Below, one piece after another: positions 1-7,938 of a stretch of DNA of 41,415 nucleotides; position 1 is the first letter of the stretch; each line of letters opens with the position of its first letter. The stretch is from Acidobacteriaceae bacterium. Lineage in GTDB: Bacteria > Acidobacteriota > Terriglobia > Terriglobales > Acidobacteriaceae. The translations under genes were made by a program, and so were the position numbers. The notes under the pieces were generated by a model. That model searched no databases and had not been told where the DNA came from. It saw only the letters and a list, made by a program, of their open reading frames with translations. Where the stretch lies: assembly GCA_035938355.1 (NCBI GenBank), contig DASZGZ010000043.1:1-41415 (forward strand), read 5' to 3'.

Positions 1-659
1 GCCGCGCGGACTTCACCGTCAACACCGGTTGGAACAACGGGGGCGGCGGCGGCAGCCAGACCATCACCTGCTCTTCAGATGAGGGCGGGCGGCATAACTG
101 CCCCGGGGACACACGCGGCGGTGTGCAGATGACCAACCAGCGCAGCGGAGCAGCCTGCACGCAGGGCTACAGCTGGGGATATGACCGCAACGGCATCTGG
201 GTGGATCACGGATGCCGCGCGGACTTCACCGTCAACACCGGTTGGAACAACGGGGGCGGTGGCGGCGGCCAGACCATCACCTGTTCTTCGGATGACGGCA
301 ACCGGCATACCTGTCCTGTCGATACACGTGGCGGTGTGCAAATGACCAACCAGCGCAGTGGATCAGCCTGCACCCAGGGCTACAGTTGGGGTTACGACCG
401 CAACAGCATCTGGGTCGATCATGGTTGCCGCGCAGATTTCGCGGTCAACACGGGCTGGAATAACGGCGGTGGAGGCGGCCAGACCATCACCTGTTCCTCC
501 GATGATGGCAACCGGCACTATTGCGCTGCGGACACACGGCGCGGTGTGCAGATAACCAATCGACGCAGTGAAGCGCATTGCGAGCAAGGCTATAGCTGGG
601 GATTCGATCAGCGAGGCATCTGGGTGGATCATGGCTGCCGCGCCGATTTCCTGGTGCGT
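1..659 (+). repeat. Intragenic tandem repeat, period 213/213/210 nt
   Basis: GCCGCGC(G/A/C)GA(C/T)TTC recurs at 1, 214, 427 and 637. Confidence 0.9.
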
Positions 660-662
660 TGA
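3..662 (+). CDS. DUF3011-repeat protein, 5'-truncated by the window edge
   Basis: Frame open from nt 3 to TGA at 660-662. At least three ~70-aa repeats of TITCSSDDG..C..DTR.GVQ..NQRS...C.QGYSWGYD..GIWVDHGCRADF joined by Gly linkers; the motif matches my recollection of DUF3011. Confidence 0.8.
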   Translation, partial: RADFTVNTGWNNGGGGGSQTITCSSDEGGRHNCPGDTRGGVQMTNQRSGAACTQGYSWGYDRNGIWVDHGCRADFTVNTGWNNGGGGGGQTITCSSDDGNRHTCPVDTRGGVQMTNQRSGSACTQGYSWGYDRNSIWVDHGCRADFAVNTGWNNGGGGGQTITCSSDDGNRHYCAADTRRGVQITNRRSEAHCEQGYSWGFDQRGIWVDHGCRADFLVR

Positions 663-727
663 TTCTGTGCGAAGATGAACCGCGAATTCGACCGGCCGGC
701 GCTCGTTTAACTGGCCGGCTCCGATTC

Positions 728-1147
728 TCAGCCGAAAACCAGGGTGGCTGCTCCGCCGGCAATCAGCAGGCCGCCCACTACCTTGTGCACGGTGAGTCCT
801 TCTCCCAAAAATATCCATGCAAACAGGATGACCAGCACCACGCTGAGCTTGTCGATAGGCGCGACCGCCGAAGCGGGACCCAGCTGCAGCGCACGGAAGT
901 AGCACAGCCATGAGAGCCCAGTCGCAATACCGGAAAGCGCGAGAAAAAGCCAGGAGCGGCTCGAGATCGCCGCAATGTCGTTATGCTTGCCAAGTGCGAT
1001 TGCGATGGCCCAGGTGAAGACGAGCACCACCGTGGTGCGGATTGCGGTGGCGAGGTTTGAGTCGATGCCGGCGACGCCAATTTTGGCCAGAATCGCCGTT
1101 GCCGCCGCGAACAATGCCGAAAGAAGCGCCCACACAAGCCATGTCAT
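728..1147 (-). CDS. EamA/DMT-family small membrane transporter
   Basis: 139 aa, about 5 TM; WALLSALFAAATAILAKIG and GPASAVAPIDKLSVV motifs. Confidence 0.88.
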   Translation of the reverse strand: MTWLVWALLSALFAAATAILAKIGVAGIDSNLATAIRTTVVLVFTWAIAIALGKHNDIAAISSRSWLFLALSGIATGLSWLCYFRALQLGPASAVAPIDKLSVVLVILFAWIFLGEGLTVHKVVGGLLIAGGAATLVFG

Positions 1148-1176
1148 GGACCTAGGATATTCGGTCGGGTGGCCAC

Positions 1177-1857
1177 TCAGCCGATGAGCTGTGCCAGCTT
1201 CTCTTCGAGCGATGCGATGCGTTCCCGGAGTTGCCTCACTTCGCTTTCGAGGGTTGCGATTCGCTCCGTAGCTCCGTCGTGCGTCGAATCTGGGGATGAG
1301 TTGCGGCGATGCGAATGCTCAGTGGTCGTTCCGGAGACGGGCTCGGGCACGGGCGAGAGCAGATGGACGTAGCGCAGCTCGCGGGAGCCGGGTTCACGCG
1401 GCAAAGCGCGGGCGAGGGGCGGCTCGCGCTGACCAAGCTGCTGCAGGGTGCTTTCCACCTCATCCATCCCGGTGAAGTTGTGCATCCGTTCGCCGCGGCT
1501 GCGCAATTCGCCTGGAGTCTGCGCTCCACGGAGCAGTAGAACGCACAGAATGGCAAGTTCGCCGCGGCGCAGGTTGAATATTTCACCAATGTGGTGGGCG
1601 TATTTCGCAACGCGGCTGTCCGTTCCACGAACCGGTGCCGCGAGTCCCTTGTCTTCTAGCTCATGCAGCGCCATACGGACTTCGTCTTCACCCAGCTCCA
1701 TGAGCGGATAGCGGCTGGTGCGCTGGTTGCACGCATTCGTTAAGGCCAGCAGTGACAGCGGATAGTACTCCGGAGTGGTGGTCTCCTTCTCCAGCAGCGA
1801 ACCCAGCACGCGAGCGGCGGGCGCGGAGAGATGCAGTTGCGATTCCGGCATGAACAT
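1177..1857 (-). CDS. YceH/DUF480 family protein
   Basis: RVLGSLLEKETTTPEYYPLSL..LTNACNQ and LLLRGAQTPGELR motifs, C-terminal coiled coil. Start moved to ATG at 1857, which has an AGAGGAG RBS upstream. Confidence 0.88.
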   Translation of the reverse strand: MFMPESQLHLSAPAARVLGSLLEKETTTPEYYPLSLLALTNACNQRTSRYPLMELGEDEVRMALHELEDKGLAAPVRGTDSRVAKYAHHIGEIFNLRRGELAILCVLLLRGAQTPGELRSRGERMHNFTGMDEVESTLQQLGQREPPLARALPREPGSRELRYVHLLSPVPEPVSGTTTEHSHRRNSSPDSTHDGATERIATLESEVRQLRERIASLEEKLAQLIG

Positions 1858-1927
1858 GGCTCCTCTACTCACCTTATCGCGAGGCCCTCGAACGCTGCTC
1901 ACAGAAGTCCCGTAATCTTAGGGAAGA

Positions 1928-3118
1928 ATGTCGAGCTCGACACTACCCGCGCTGCTGCGTGCAAAGACTGCGCAACGCGCCGTGGCAGCGTACTTTCTGG
2001 CCAACGGCGTCGTGATGGGCGCGTGGGTACCCCACGTGCCTGACCGGGCGCGCGACCTGCATCTGGATCCGGGCGCGCTTGGCTGGGCCCTACTGGCCAG
2101 CGGTCTGGGTGCGGTGCTGGCGATGCCGCTTGCTGGCCGGCTCACTGCCCGGCTCGGAAGCGGTGCGGTAACCCGAGTGTCGGGCATCGCCTTCCCTGTG
2201 ATGCTGAGCGCCGTGGTGTTGTCCCCCACTGCTCTGCTTATGACGCTGTCGTTATTGTGCTTCGGTATCGCGGGCGCCAGCATGGACGTCTCAATGAATG
2301 CGCAAGGCATCGCCGTGGAAGAGCAACTGGGCGAGCGCACCATTTCACGGCTACATGGCATGTGGAGCATCGGGTGCTTCACCGGCGCCGCCATCACTAG
2401 TTTCATGCTGTCATGGCACGTGCCAGCGCGAGCCATCGTGCTCAGCTTCTCAGCGTTCGTAATCCTGCTGGTCATTGCGGCAACGCCGTATCTATTTACC
2501 CGTCGCGAGGAAGGTTTGCACGAGCAGCCCCATGCGCTGCGACCACATGGGCGTCTTTTGCTCCTCGGGTTGGTGGCCTTCGTATCCATGGTTTGCGAAG
2601 GATCGATCGCCGATTGGAGCGGACTTTACCTGCGCGTGATTCGCGGCGCGGGACACGGCGTTTCCGGGTATGGATACGCTGCCTTCGCAGCGCTGATGGT
2701 GACGGGCCGTCTGTCGGGTGACTCGGTGGTGGCGCGATTCGGTGAAGAGCGGACCCTCCTCGTAGGAGGGTTGCTGGCCGCAGCTGGGTTAGGAATCGTG
2801 GTCGGAAGTGGCTGGCAGCACATGACGAGTGAGTTCTGGTGGCTGTTTGGTTTCGCACTGGTAGGTGCGGGCTTGGCCAACGGCTCACCGGTGATCTATC
2901 GCACTGCGGGTCGCGTGCGGGACGTCCCGGCCGGCGCGGGCATCGCAACCACCGTCGGCATTGGTTATGCCGGTCTGCTGGCTGGTCCGCCCGGGCTGGG
3001 ATTCGTGGGAAAGCACGCCGGGCTCACGTCGATTCTGCTCTGCGTTTTAGTGCTGTGCTGTGTGATGGCGCTGTCCTCGCGGCTGGTGCGCGGACTAGCC
3101 GGCCCCTCGTCGGTTTAG
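1928..3118 (+). CDS. MFS transporter
   Basis: 396 aa, about 12 TM; GASMDVSMNAQG and EGSIADWSGLYL motifs. Confidence 0.88.
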   Translation: MSSSTLPALLRAKTAQRAVAAYFLANGVVMGAWVPHVPDRARDLHLDPGALGWALLASGLGAVLAMPLAGRLTARLGSGAVTRVSGIAFPVMLSAVVLSPTALLMTLSLLCFGIAGASMDVSMNAQGIAVEEQLGERTISRLHGMWSIGCFTGAAITSFMLSWHVPARAIVLSFSAFVILLVIAATPYLFTRREEGLHEQPHALRPHGRLLLLGLVAFVSMVCEGSIADWSGLYLRVIRGAGHGVSGYGYAAFAALMVTGRLSGDSVVARFGEERTLLVGGLLAAAGLGIVVGSGWQHMTSEFWWLFGFALVGAGLANGSPVIYRTAGRVRDVPAGAGIATTVGIGYAGLLAGPPGLGFVGKHAGLTSILLCVLVLCCVMALSSRLVRGLAGPSSV

Positions 3119-3121
3119 TTT

Positions 3122-4006
3122 TCAATGCGTCGCCGGCGCCATCCACTGGTTCTCCCGCATCCAGCTTTCCAGCAGTAGGGTCCACAGGTGCAAAGGCGGC
3201 AGATGCTCTGCAAGATCCACCCCGTGGTGACCGTGTTCGAACATATGAAACTCCACCGGTACCCCCGAGCGCTGGCACGCAGCCACGTAAAGCATGCTGT
3301 TCTGCGACGGAACGACGTCATCGTCGTTGGTGGTGAAGATGAAGGCCGGAGGACTGGTCGGCGTTACGTGATCTTCGGCCGACAGCAGAGCCACCTGCTC
3401 CGGATCCGGCATCGGACCAATCAGATGCTGCCGCGAATCGGCATGCCCGAAGTCGGGCTTCATGCTGATGACGGGATACGCCAAGATGACGAAGTCGGGC
3501 CGATCGCTTGCATGCTCAACCGGATCGGCGCTTGCCGGTACGCCGTTGTCGAAGAACGTGGCAAGAATGCTGGCGATGTGGCCACCGGCTGAGAAGCCCC
3601 ATGTACCCAAACGGTCTGGCGAAAAGCCGAAGTTGTCAGCTTGGCTGCGCACGAGCCGCATGGCACGCTCGGCATCCGCAATCGGCGCCGGATAACGGTA
3701 GGGCGCAACGCGATAGTGCAGGACAAACGCGGCGACCCCTCGCTGTGCAAGCCACTCCGCCGGTGCGGCGCCTTCGCGGTCCGCGACCACGTTGCTGTAA
3801 CCGCCACCGGGAATGACCAGGACGGCGGTGTGCATTGGATTCGCGGCGGGCAGATAGACATCGATCGTCGGACGATCCGCATCGGCGTGACCGAGCGCTC
3901 CAGGGACGGGGCCGGGATAGACGTTGAGCGTCTTACTGACGGATGTTTGCGCACCCAGCAGGCCAGGAACAGAAGCAAACAGGAGCAAAAAAGCGAAGTG
4001 GCGCAT
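3122..4006 (-). CDS. Secreted alpha/beta hydrolase (carbohydrate esterase-like)
   Basis: Signal peptide; PGGGY oxyanion loop, GFSAGG nucleophile, DDVVP Asp and GHHG His. Confidence 0.88.
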   Translation of the reverse strand: MRHFAFLLLFASVPGLLGAQTSVSKTLNVYPGPVPGALGHADADRPTIDVYLPAANPMHTAVLVIPGGGYSNVVADREGAAPAEWLAQRGVAAFVLHYRVAPYRYPAPIADAERAMRLVRSQADNFGFSPDRLGTWGFSAGGHIASILATFFDNGVPASADPVEHASDRPDFVILAYPVISMKPDFGHADSRQHLIGPMPDPEQVALLSAEDHVTPTSPPAFIFTTNDDDVVPSQNSMLYVAACQRSGVPVEFHMFEHGHHGVDLAEHLPPLHLWTLLLESWMRENQWMAPATH

Positions 4007-4050
4007 GGCGGCAAGTGTAACCGCGTTCTGCGGTCGCCCGCCGTTATAGG

Positions 4051-5277
4051 TTAGGTCGTGATCTCCGCGCCGCGGGATTCACGAGCAAACGACATCACGA
4101 CCGCGATGAAGAGCGCAACGGCGATGGTGGTCGCTGCCAGAACGGGCCCGTAGCTGCCGGTATGCTCCGCCATGCGGGCCTGGATATTTGTAACCTTCGA
4201 CGCGATGAGATTTCCCAACTGGTAGACCACGCCGGGAAAGGTGGCACGGACGGGCCCGGGTGAGATCTCGCTGAGATAGACCGGTACAACGCCCCAGGCA
4301 CCCTGCACCATGAATTGCAGCAGGAACGCTCCACATGCGAGAGCAAGGCGCCCATGTGCGAGCATGGCCAGCGGCGTGACGGGAATGGCGAGCAAAGCCG
4401 CGGTGATAATCGCGCGCTTTCTTCCCCATCGCTCCGACAGCATGCCAAAGACGATGCCGCCCATGATCGCCCCCAGCGCGAGCACGATACCGATCGCTCC
4501 CACGGTATGCGCATCGAAGTGATGATCGCTCTGCAGGAAGAGCGGGTGATTATCCTGGCTGCCGTGGCTGAAGGCGTTAAACCCGGACATGAGCAGAACA
4601 AGGAACAGGAATAGTGGCAGATAGCTGCGTATGCCCTGCCATAATCCGGAAAAGGACATTCCGGTGCCGCGCGCCGCTCTGCCCTGCTGCCACGCAGGGG
4701 ACTCTTCAACTTTGAAAGCGATGTAGCCTGCGACCAGCGCCGGCATTGCACCAACAATGAACATGCCGCGCCATCCCACAGTTTGGAACACCAATCCAAA
4801 GACCGCTGCAGCCACCAGATAGCCGACGGCGTAGCCTTCCTGTAAAAGACCCGAGAAGAAGCCGCGATTTTCCTTTGGCAGCGTTTCAAAGGCCATCGCA
4901 GCGCCGACGCCCCACTCACCACCCATGGCGATGCCGAATAATGCACGCAGAACCAGCAGGATGTGGAGCGACGGCGTAAAAGCGCAAGCCAGTTCCAATA
5001 CGGAATAACAGAGAATATTGAGCATCAACGTTGGCCGCCGCCCGAAGCGATCCGCCATCCAACCGAAAAGGAGCGCTCCCAGGGGCCGGAAGGCGAGTGT
5101 CAAGAAATACGCCTCGGTAACGGCGCTTTTGGCTACCTTGAAGTCTGTCGCAATGGCGGATACACAAAAGACGAGAATGAAGTAATCGAACGCATCAAGC
5201 GACCAGCCAAGGAAGCATGCGGCAAAGGCATGACGTTGCTTGGCCGTGAGGGTGCGGAATGGAGTGAAGAAATTCAC
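4051..5277 (-). CDS. MFS transporter, SHS (sialate/carboxylate:H+ symporter)-like
   Basis: GWSLDAFD, ADRFGRR, GIAMGGEWG and QGAWGVVPVYLSE motifs; GTG start. Confidence 0.88.
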   Translation of the reverse strand: MNFFTPFRTLTAKQRHAFAACFLGWSLDAFDYFILVFCVSAIATDFKVAKSAVTEAYFLTLAFRPLGALLFGWMADRFGRRPTLMLNILCYSVLELACAFTPSLHILLVLRALFGIAMGGEWGVGAAMAFETLPKENRGFFSGLLQEGYAVGYLVAAAVFGLVFQTVGWRGMFIVGAMPALVAGYIAFKVEESPAWQQGRAARGTGMSFSGLWQGIRSYLPLFLFLVLLMSGFNAFSHGSQDNHPLFLQSDHHFDAHTVGAIGIVLALGAIMGGIVFGMLSERWGRKRAIITAALLAIPVTPLAMLAHGRLALACGAFLLQFMVQGAWGVVPVYLSEISPGPVRATFPGVVYQLGNLIASKVTNIQARMAEHTGSYGPVLAATTIAVALFIAVVMSFARESRGAEITT

Positions 5278-5503
5278 TAGACAGAGGCCAGCATAGCAGC
5301 CGGCGTTTTCAAGAAATTCATGCGCATCCCTGCCACAGGCCGGTCACGGATGACCGGCGAAGCATCACAACCAGAAGCGACTTAACCACCGTGGACCATT
5401 GCGGTCGATCGTGGAGTACGAGATGGGTTTCAGATAGAACAAATTCTTTTCCACCTGCCGTAGCTTGATTTGAACGTCTGGTGTTTTGAGAAAGGAGGTC
5501 AGA

Positions 5504-6016
5504 GTGGAGAGGCTGGAACCCGACGTCGAAGAAGCGCACCTGTCCAGCAATCCGGCGGAAGCCGTGCTGGCCAGCCTGGAGCGAGCCACTGAGTATTTCC
5601 GGCGAGAGATCCATCTGGTTTTGCGCGCCCGCGGCATGACCTCCACCCAATACAACGTGCTACGCACTCTCTACAACGCGGAACCTGGCGGCATTACCTG
5701 TTCGGAGTTGGGGAGCCGGTTGACGGGGACGGATCCCGATATCACGCGACTGCTGGATCGGCTGGCAAAGCAACGGCTGGTGCTACGGCGTCGTGACCAG
5801 CGCGATCGTCGCGCTGTGCTCACTGAGATTACCGTCGAGGGGCGGGAACTGGTGGAGTCCGTCATCCCATCCCTGGATAGCCGGCTTCGCGATCTTTTCG
5901 ATCACATGGCCCCGGCGCGGGTGCAATTGCTGACCGACCTGCTCGATGAGGCGATAACGACTGAGAGGCAACAAGACCGCGCACCGCAATCTTCGCCCAA
6001 GGCAAAGGCGGGTTAA
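5504..6016 (+). CDS. MarR-family transcriptional regulator
   Basis: QYNVLR..PDITRLLDRL..RDQRDRR winged helix. GTG at 5504 is preceded by AGGAGG. Confidence 0.88.
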   Translation: MERLEPDVEEAHLSSNPAEAVLASLERATEYFRREIHLVLRARGMTSTQYNVLRTLYNAEPGGITCSELGSRLTGTDPDITRLLDRLAKQRLVLRRRDQRDRRAVLTEITVEGRELVESVIPSLDSRLRDLFDHMAPARVQLLTDLLDEAITTERQQDRAPQSSPKAKAG

Positions 6017-6086
6017 TCAGATAAACAATCGAAGCGGGAACCTGTGTCTAAAGGCGCTTCAGAAAGTTCGCTTCCGCAATAGAGAG

Positions 6087-6896
6087 TTATTTCTGTGCAG
6101 GAGCGGAATGTTGTGCAGGCGCCGGGGTGAGCACCGCATCGCCACCTTCAGCATTGACCGCACCATCTGCAAATTTCTTGTGCAGCTGGTGATGCAGGCA
6201 GTAGAGTGCCAGTTCGAGGCGGTCCGAGACGCCGAGCTTGTCATAGATCTTGCGCAGATAATTCTTGATGACTTGCTCAGTCGTACCCAACTGGTAGGCA
6301 ATCTCTTTGTTGCGTTTGCCCTGCGTGATGCAGGTGATGATCGCCATCTCCTTGGGCGAGAGACGGGGCTGGCTCTTGGGACTGGTTAGTGCGGTAGCCT
6401 GAGAGCGGTAGGCCTCGATCACCCAGTTGACCGACTGGTTGTCAATCCAGGTTTCTCCCTGTGCGATCTTACGAACGCATTTAACCAGCAGATCCGGCGA
6501 GATGGACCGCGGAATGATGCCACGTACGCCACGGCGATAGAGTTCGACCGTATTCTGCTCGTCGGTAGAAACGGCCTGAATAATGATCTTGACCTGCGGA
6601 TTGCGCCGCACGATTGCGGGGATAGCATCCGTGGTACCCGAGATGAGTCCGCCTTCGAGGATTACCAGATCGGTTGGAAACCTCTGAATCGCCGCTTCCA
6701 GGTTCTGGAGGTTATCGACCTGTGCAACTACCCGAATGTCATCTTCCAGCGCAAAGATCTTACGCATGCCGACGCGATAGATCGCCTGGGAATCCGCAAG
6801 AATAATGCGGACGATGTTCGGTTCGGTCGATGTGGTGGGCTCGACCGGATCGTCGGGAATGGTCTCGTCAAGCATGTCAGGCTTGGCTGCGCTCAT
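6087..6896 (-). CDS. NarL/LuxR-family response regulator with atypical receiver domain
   Basis: REC-like N-domain plus LuxR HTH (LSPKEMAII..GKRNKEIAYQLGTTEQVIKNYLRKIYDKLGV). The phospho-Asp position reads DLVILE. Confidence 0.9.
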   Translation of the reverse strand: MSAAKPDMLDETIPDDPVEPTTSTEPNIVRIILADSQAIYRVGMRKIFALEDDIRVVAQVDNLQNLEAAIQRFPTDLVILEGGLISGTTDAIPAIVRRNPQVKIIIQAVSTDEQNTVELYRRGVRGIIPRSISPDLLVKCVRKIAQGETWIDNQSVNWVIEAYRSQATALTSPKSQPRLSPKEMAIITCITQGKRNKEIAYQLGTTEQVIKNYLRKIYDKLGVSDRLELALYCLHHQLHKKFADGAVNAEGGDAVLTPAPAQHSAPAQK

Positions 6897-6904
6897 AATG
6901 AATT

Positions 6905-7243
6905 CTACTGACTGAAGTAATATTCGTCGATAACCGCTGCGGCACTCCAGCAGGTGTCACTGGTGTTGCAGCGTACCACACGGCCAGTGCAGTGAACCAC
7001 AACGTCTGTCGGGGTCCCCATGGCCTCTGCCGGCATCTTCATTGTAAAGCGTACCTGCGTCTGAACTTCGAGTGGTCGGGGAAGAGTAAATGCGACTCCT
7101 GTTGCGGAGATATTCTCCGTCATGGCCGCGATCTCACCAGCCGCGGTAAAGAGTCGCAGAGGGATCTGAAGCGGAAAGCGAACGGCATTTCTCAGCTCAA
7201 CTGGGGCATCCGCTCGTGCCTGTGCCGAGAGTGCGGGGGTCAT
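6905..7243 (-). CDS. Stand-alone PilZ-domain protein
   Basis: RxxxR (RNAVR) and (D/N)xSxxG (NISATG) c-di-GMP motifs; 112 aa. Confidence 0.85.
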   Translation of the reverse strand: MTPALSAQARADAPVELRNAVRFPLQIPLRLFTAAGEIAAMTENISATGVAFTLPRPLEVQTQVRFTMKMPAEAMGTPTDVVVHCTGRVVRCNTSDTCWSAAAVIDEYYFSQ

Positions 7244-7537
7244 GGGGCCACTATAAGTGCAAGGCGCGGACTAGGCCCATCCCACGAAGAGAGTAGCGAA
7301 ACACCCTGCTGGAGAGGCACTACGACGGGCACATGTGACTCTTTCACTCTATTGGGGTCGAAATAGATAACGACACTACCCGGCGCGAAATGAATAACTT
7401 GGTACGTCGGTAATATTACCATTCTCTCCAACGCTAAATTCCACCAAAGTTGTAGCAAGGCCAGGCAACCTCGGCTAAGGTTCGGAATACGTAGGCGATA
7501 CGCCACGTGCAGTACAGACCCTTGGGAGGCCCTTCCT

Positions 7538-7852
7538 ATGAAGCTGCTGTCAGTCGCAGCCTTGTCCGCCGTTCTGGTAGTACCGTGCTTTGCTAACGCG
7601 AAAGTATCGGCCGGAAGTCCGAACTTGCCTTTTCCGCGTGACCTCGGCAAATCCGTTGCGATGGGCAGCCCGAATCTGCCGTTTCCTCGCGACCTCGGCA
7701 GATCTGTCGCGAGTGGCAGCCCCAACCTGCCCTTCCCTCGTGACCTCGGCAAATCCGTCGCGAGTGGCAGCCCGAATCTGCCCTTCCCTCGTGACCTCGG
7801 AAGGTCTTTCAGTCCCAATCTTCCTTTCCCGCGCGATCTCGGAAAGTCCTAG
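7538..7852 (+). CDS. Secreted multi-copy peptide precursor (5x SPNLPFPRDLG[K/R]S)
   Basis: GGGAGG RBS at 7524-7529; Sec-type signal MKLLSVAALSAVLVVPCFANA; repeat cores differ almost only at synonymous sites. Confidence 0.88.
   Translation: MKLLSVAALSAVLVVPCFANAKVSAGSPNLPFPRDLGKSVAMGSPNLPFPRDLGRSVASGSPNLPFPRDLGKSVASGSPNLPFPRDLGRSFSPNLPFPRDLGKS
7613..7849 (+). repeat. Coding tandem repeat, 51-nt period (last linker shortened), 5 copies
   Basis: CC(G/C)AA(C/T)(C/T)TNCCNTT(T/C)CCNCG(T/C)GA(C/T)CTCGG recurs five times in frame. Confidence 0.95.
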
Positions 7853-7938
7853 TTTCTGACAAGCACTGACACCTTCGAATAATCGAAGAATCAGTTCACT
7901 GTAGCGTATGCTCTTCGATGGGATGAAATCGGAGAGCA

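Noticed and set aside
7613-7849. CRISPR-like array
   Set aside because: Units abut with no unique spacers, vary at third codon positions in frame, and no cas genes are present. It is a coding repeat.
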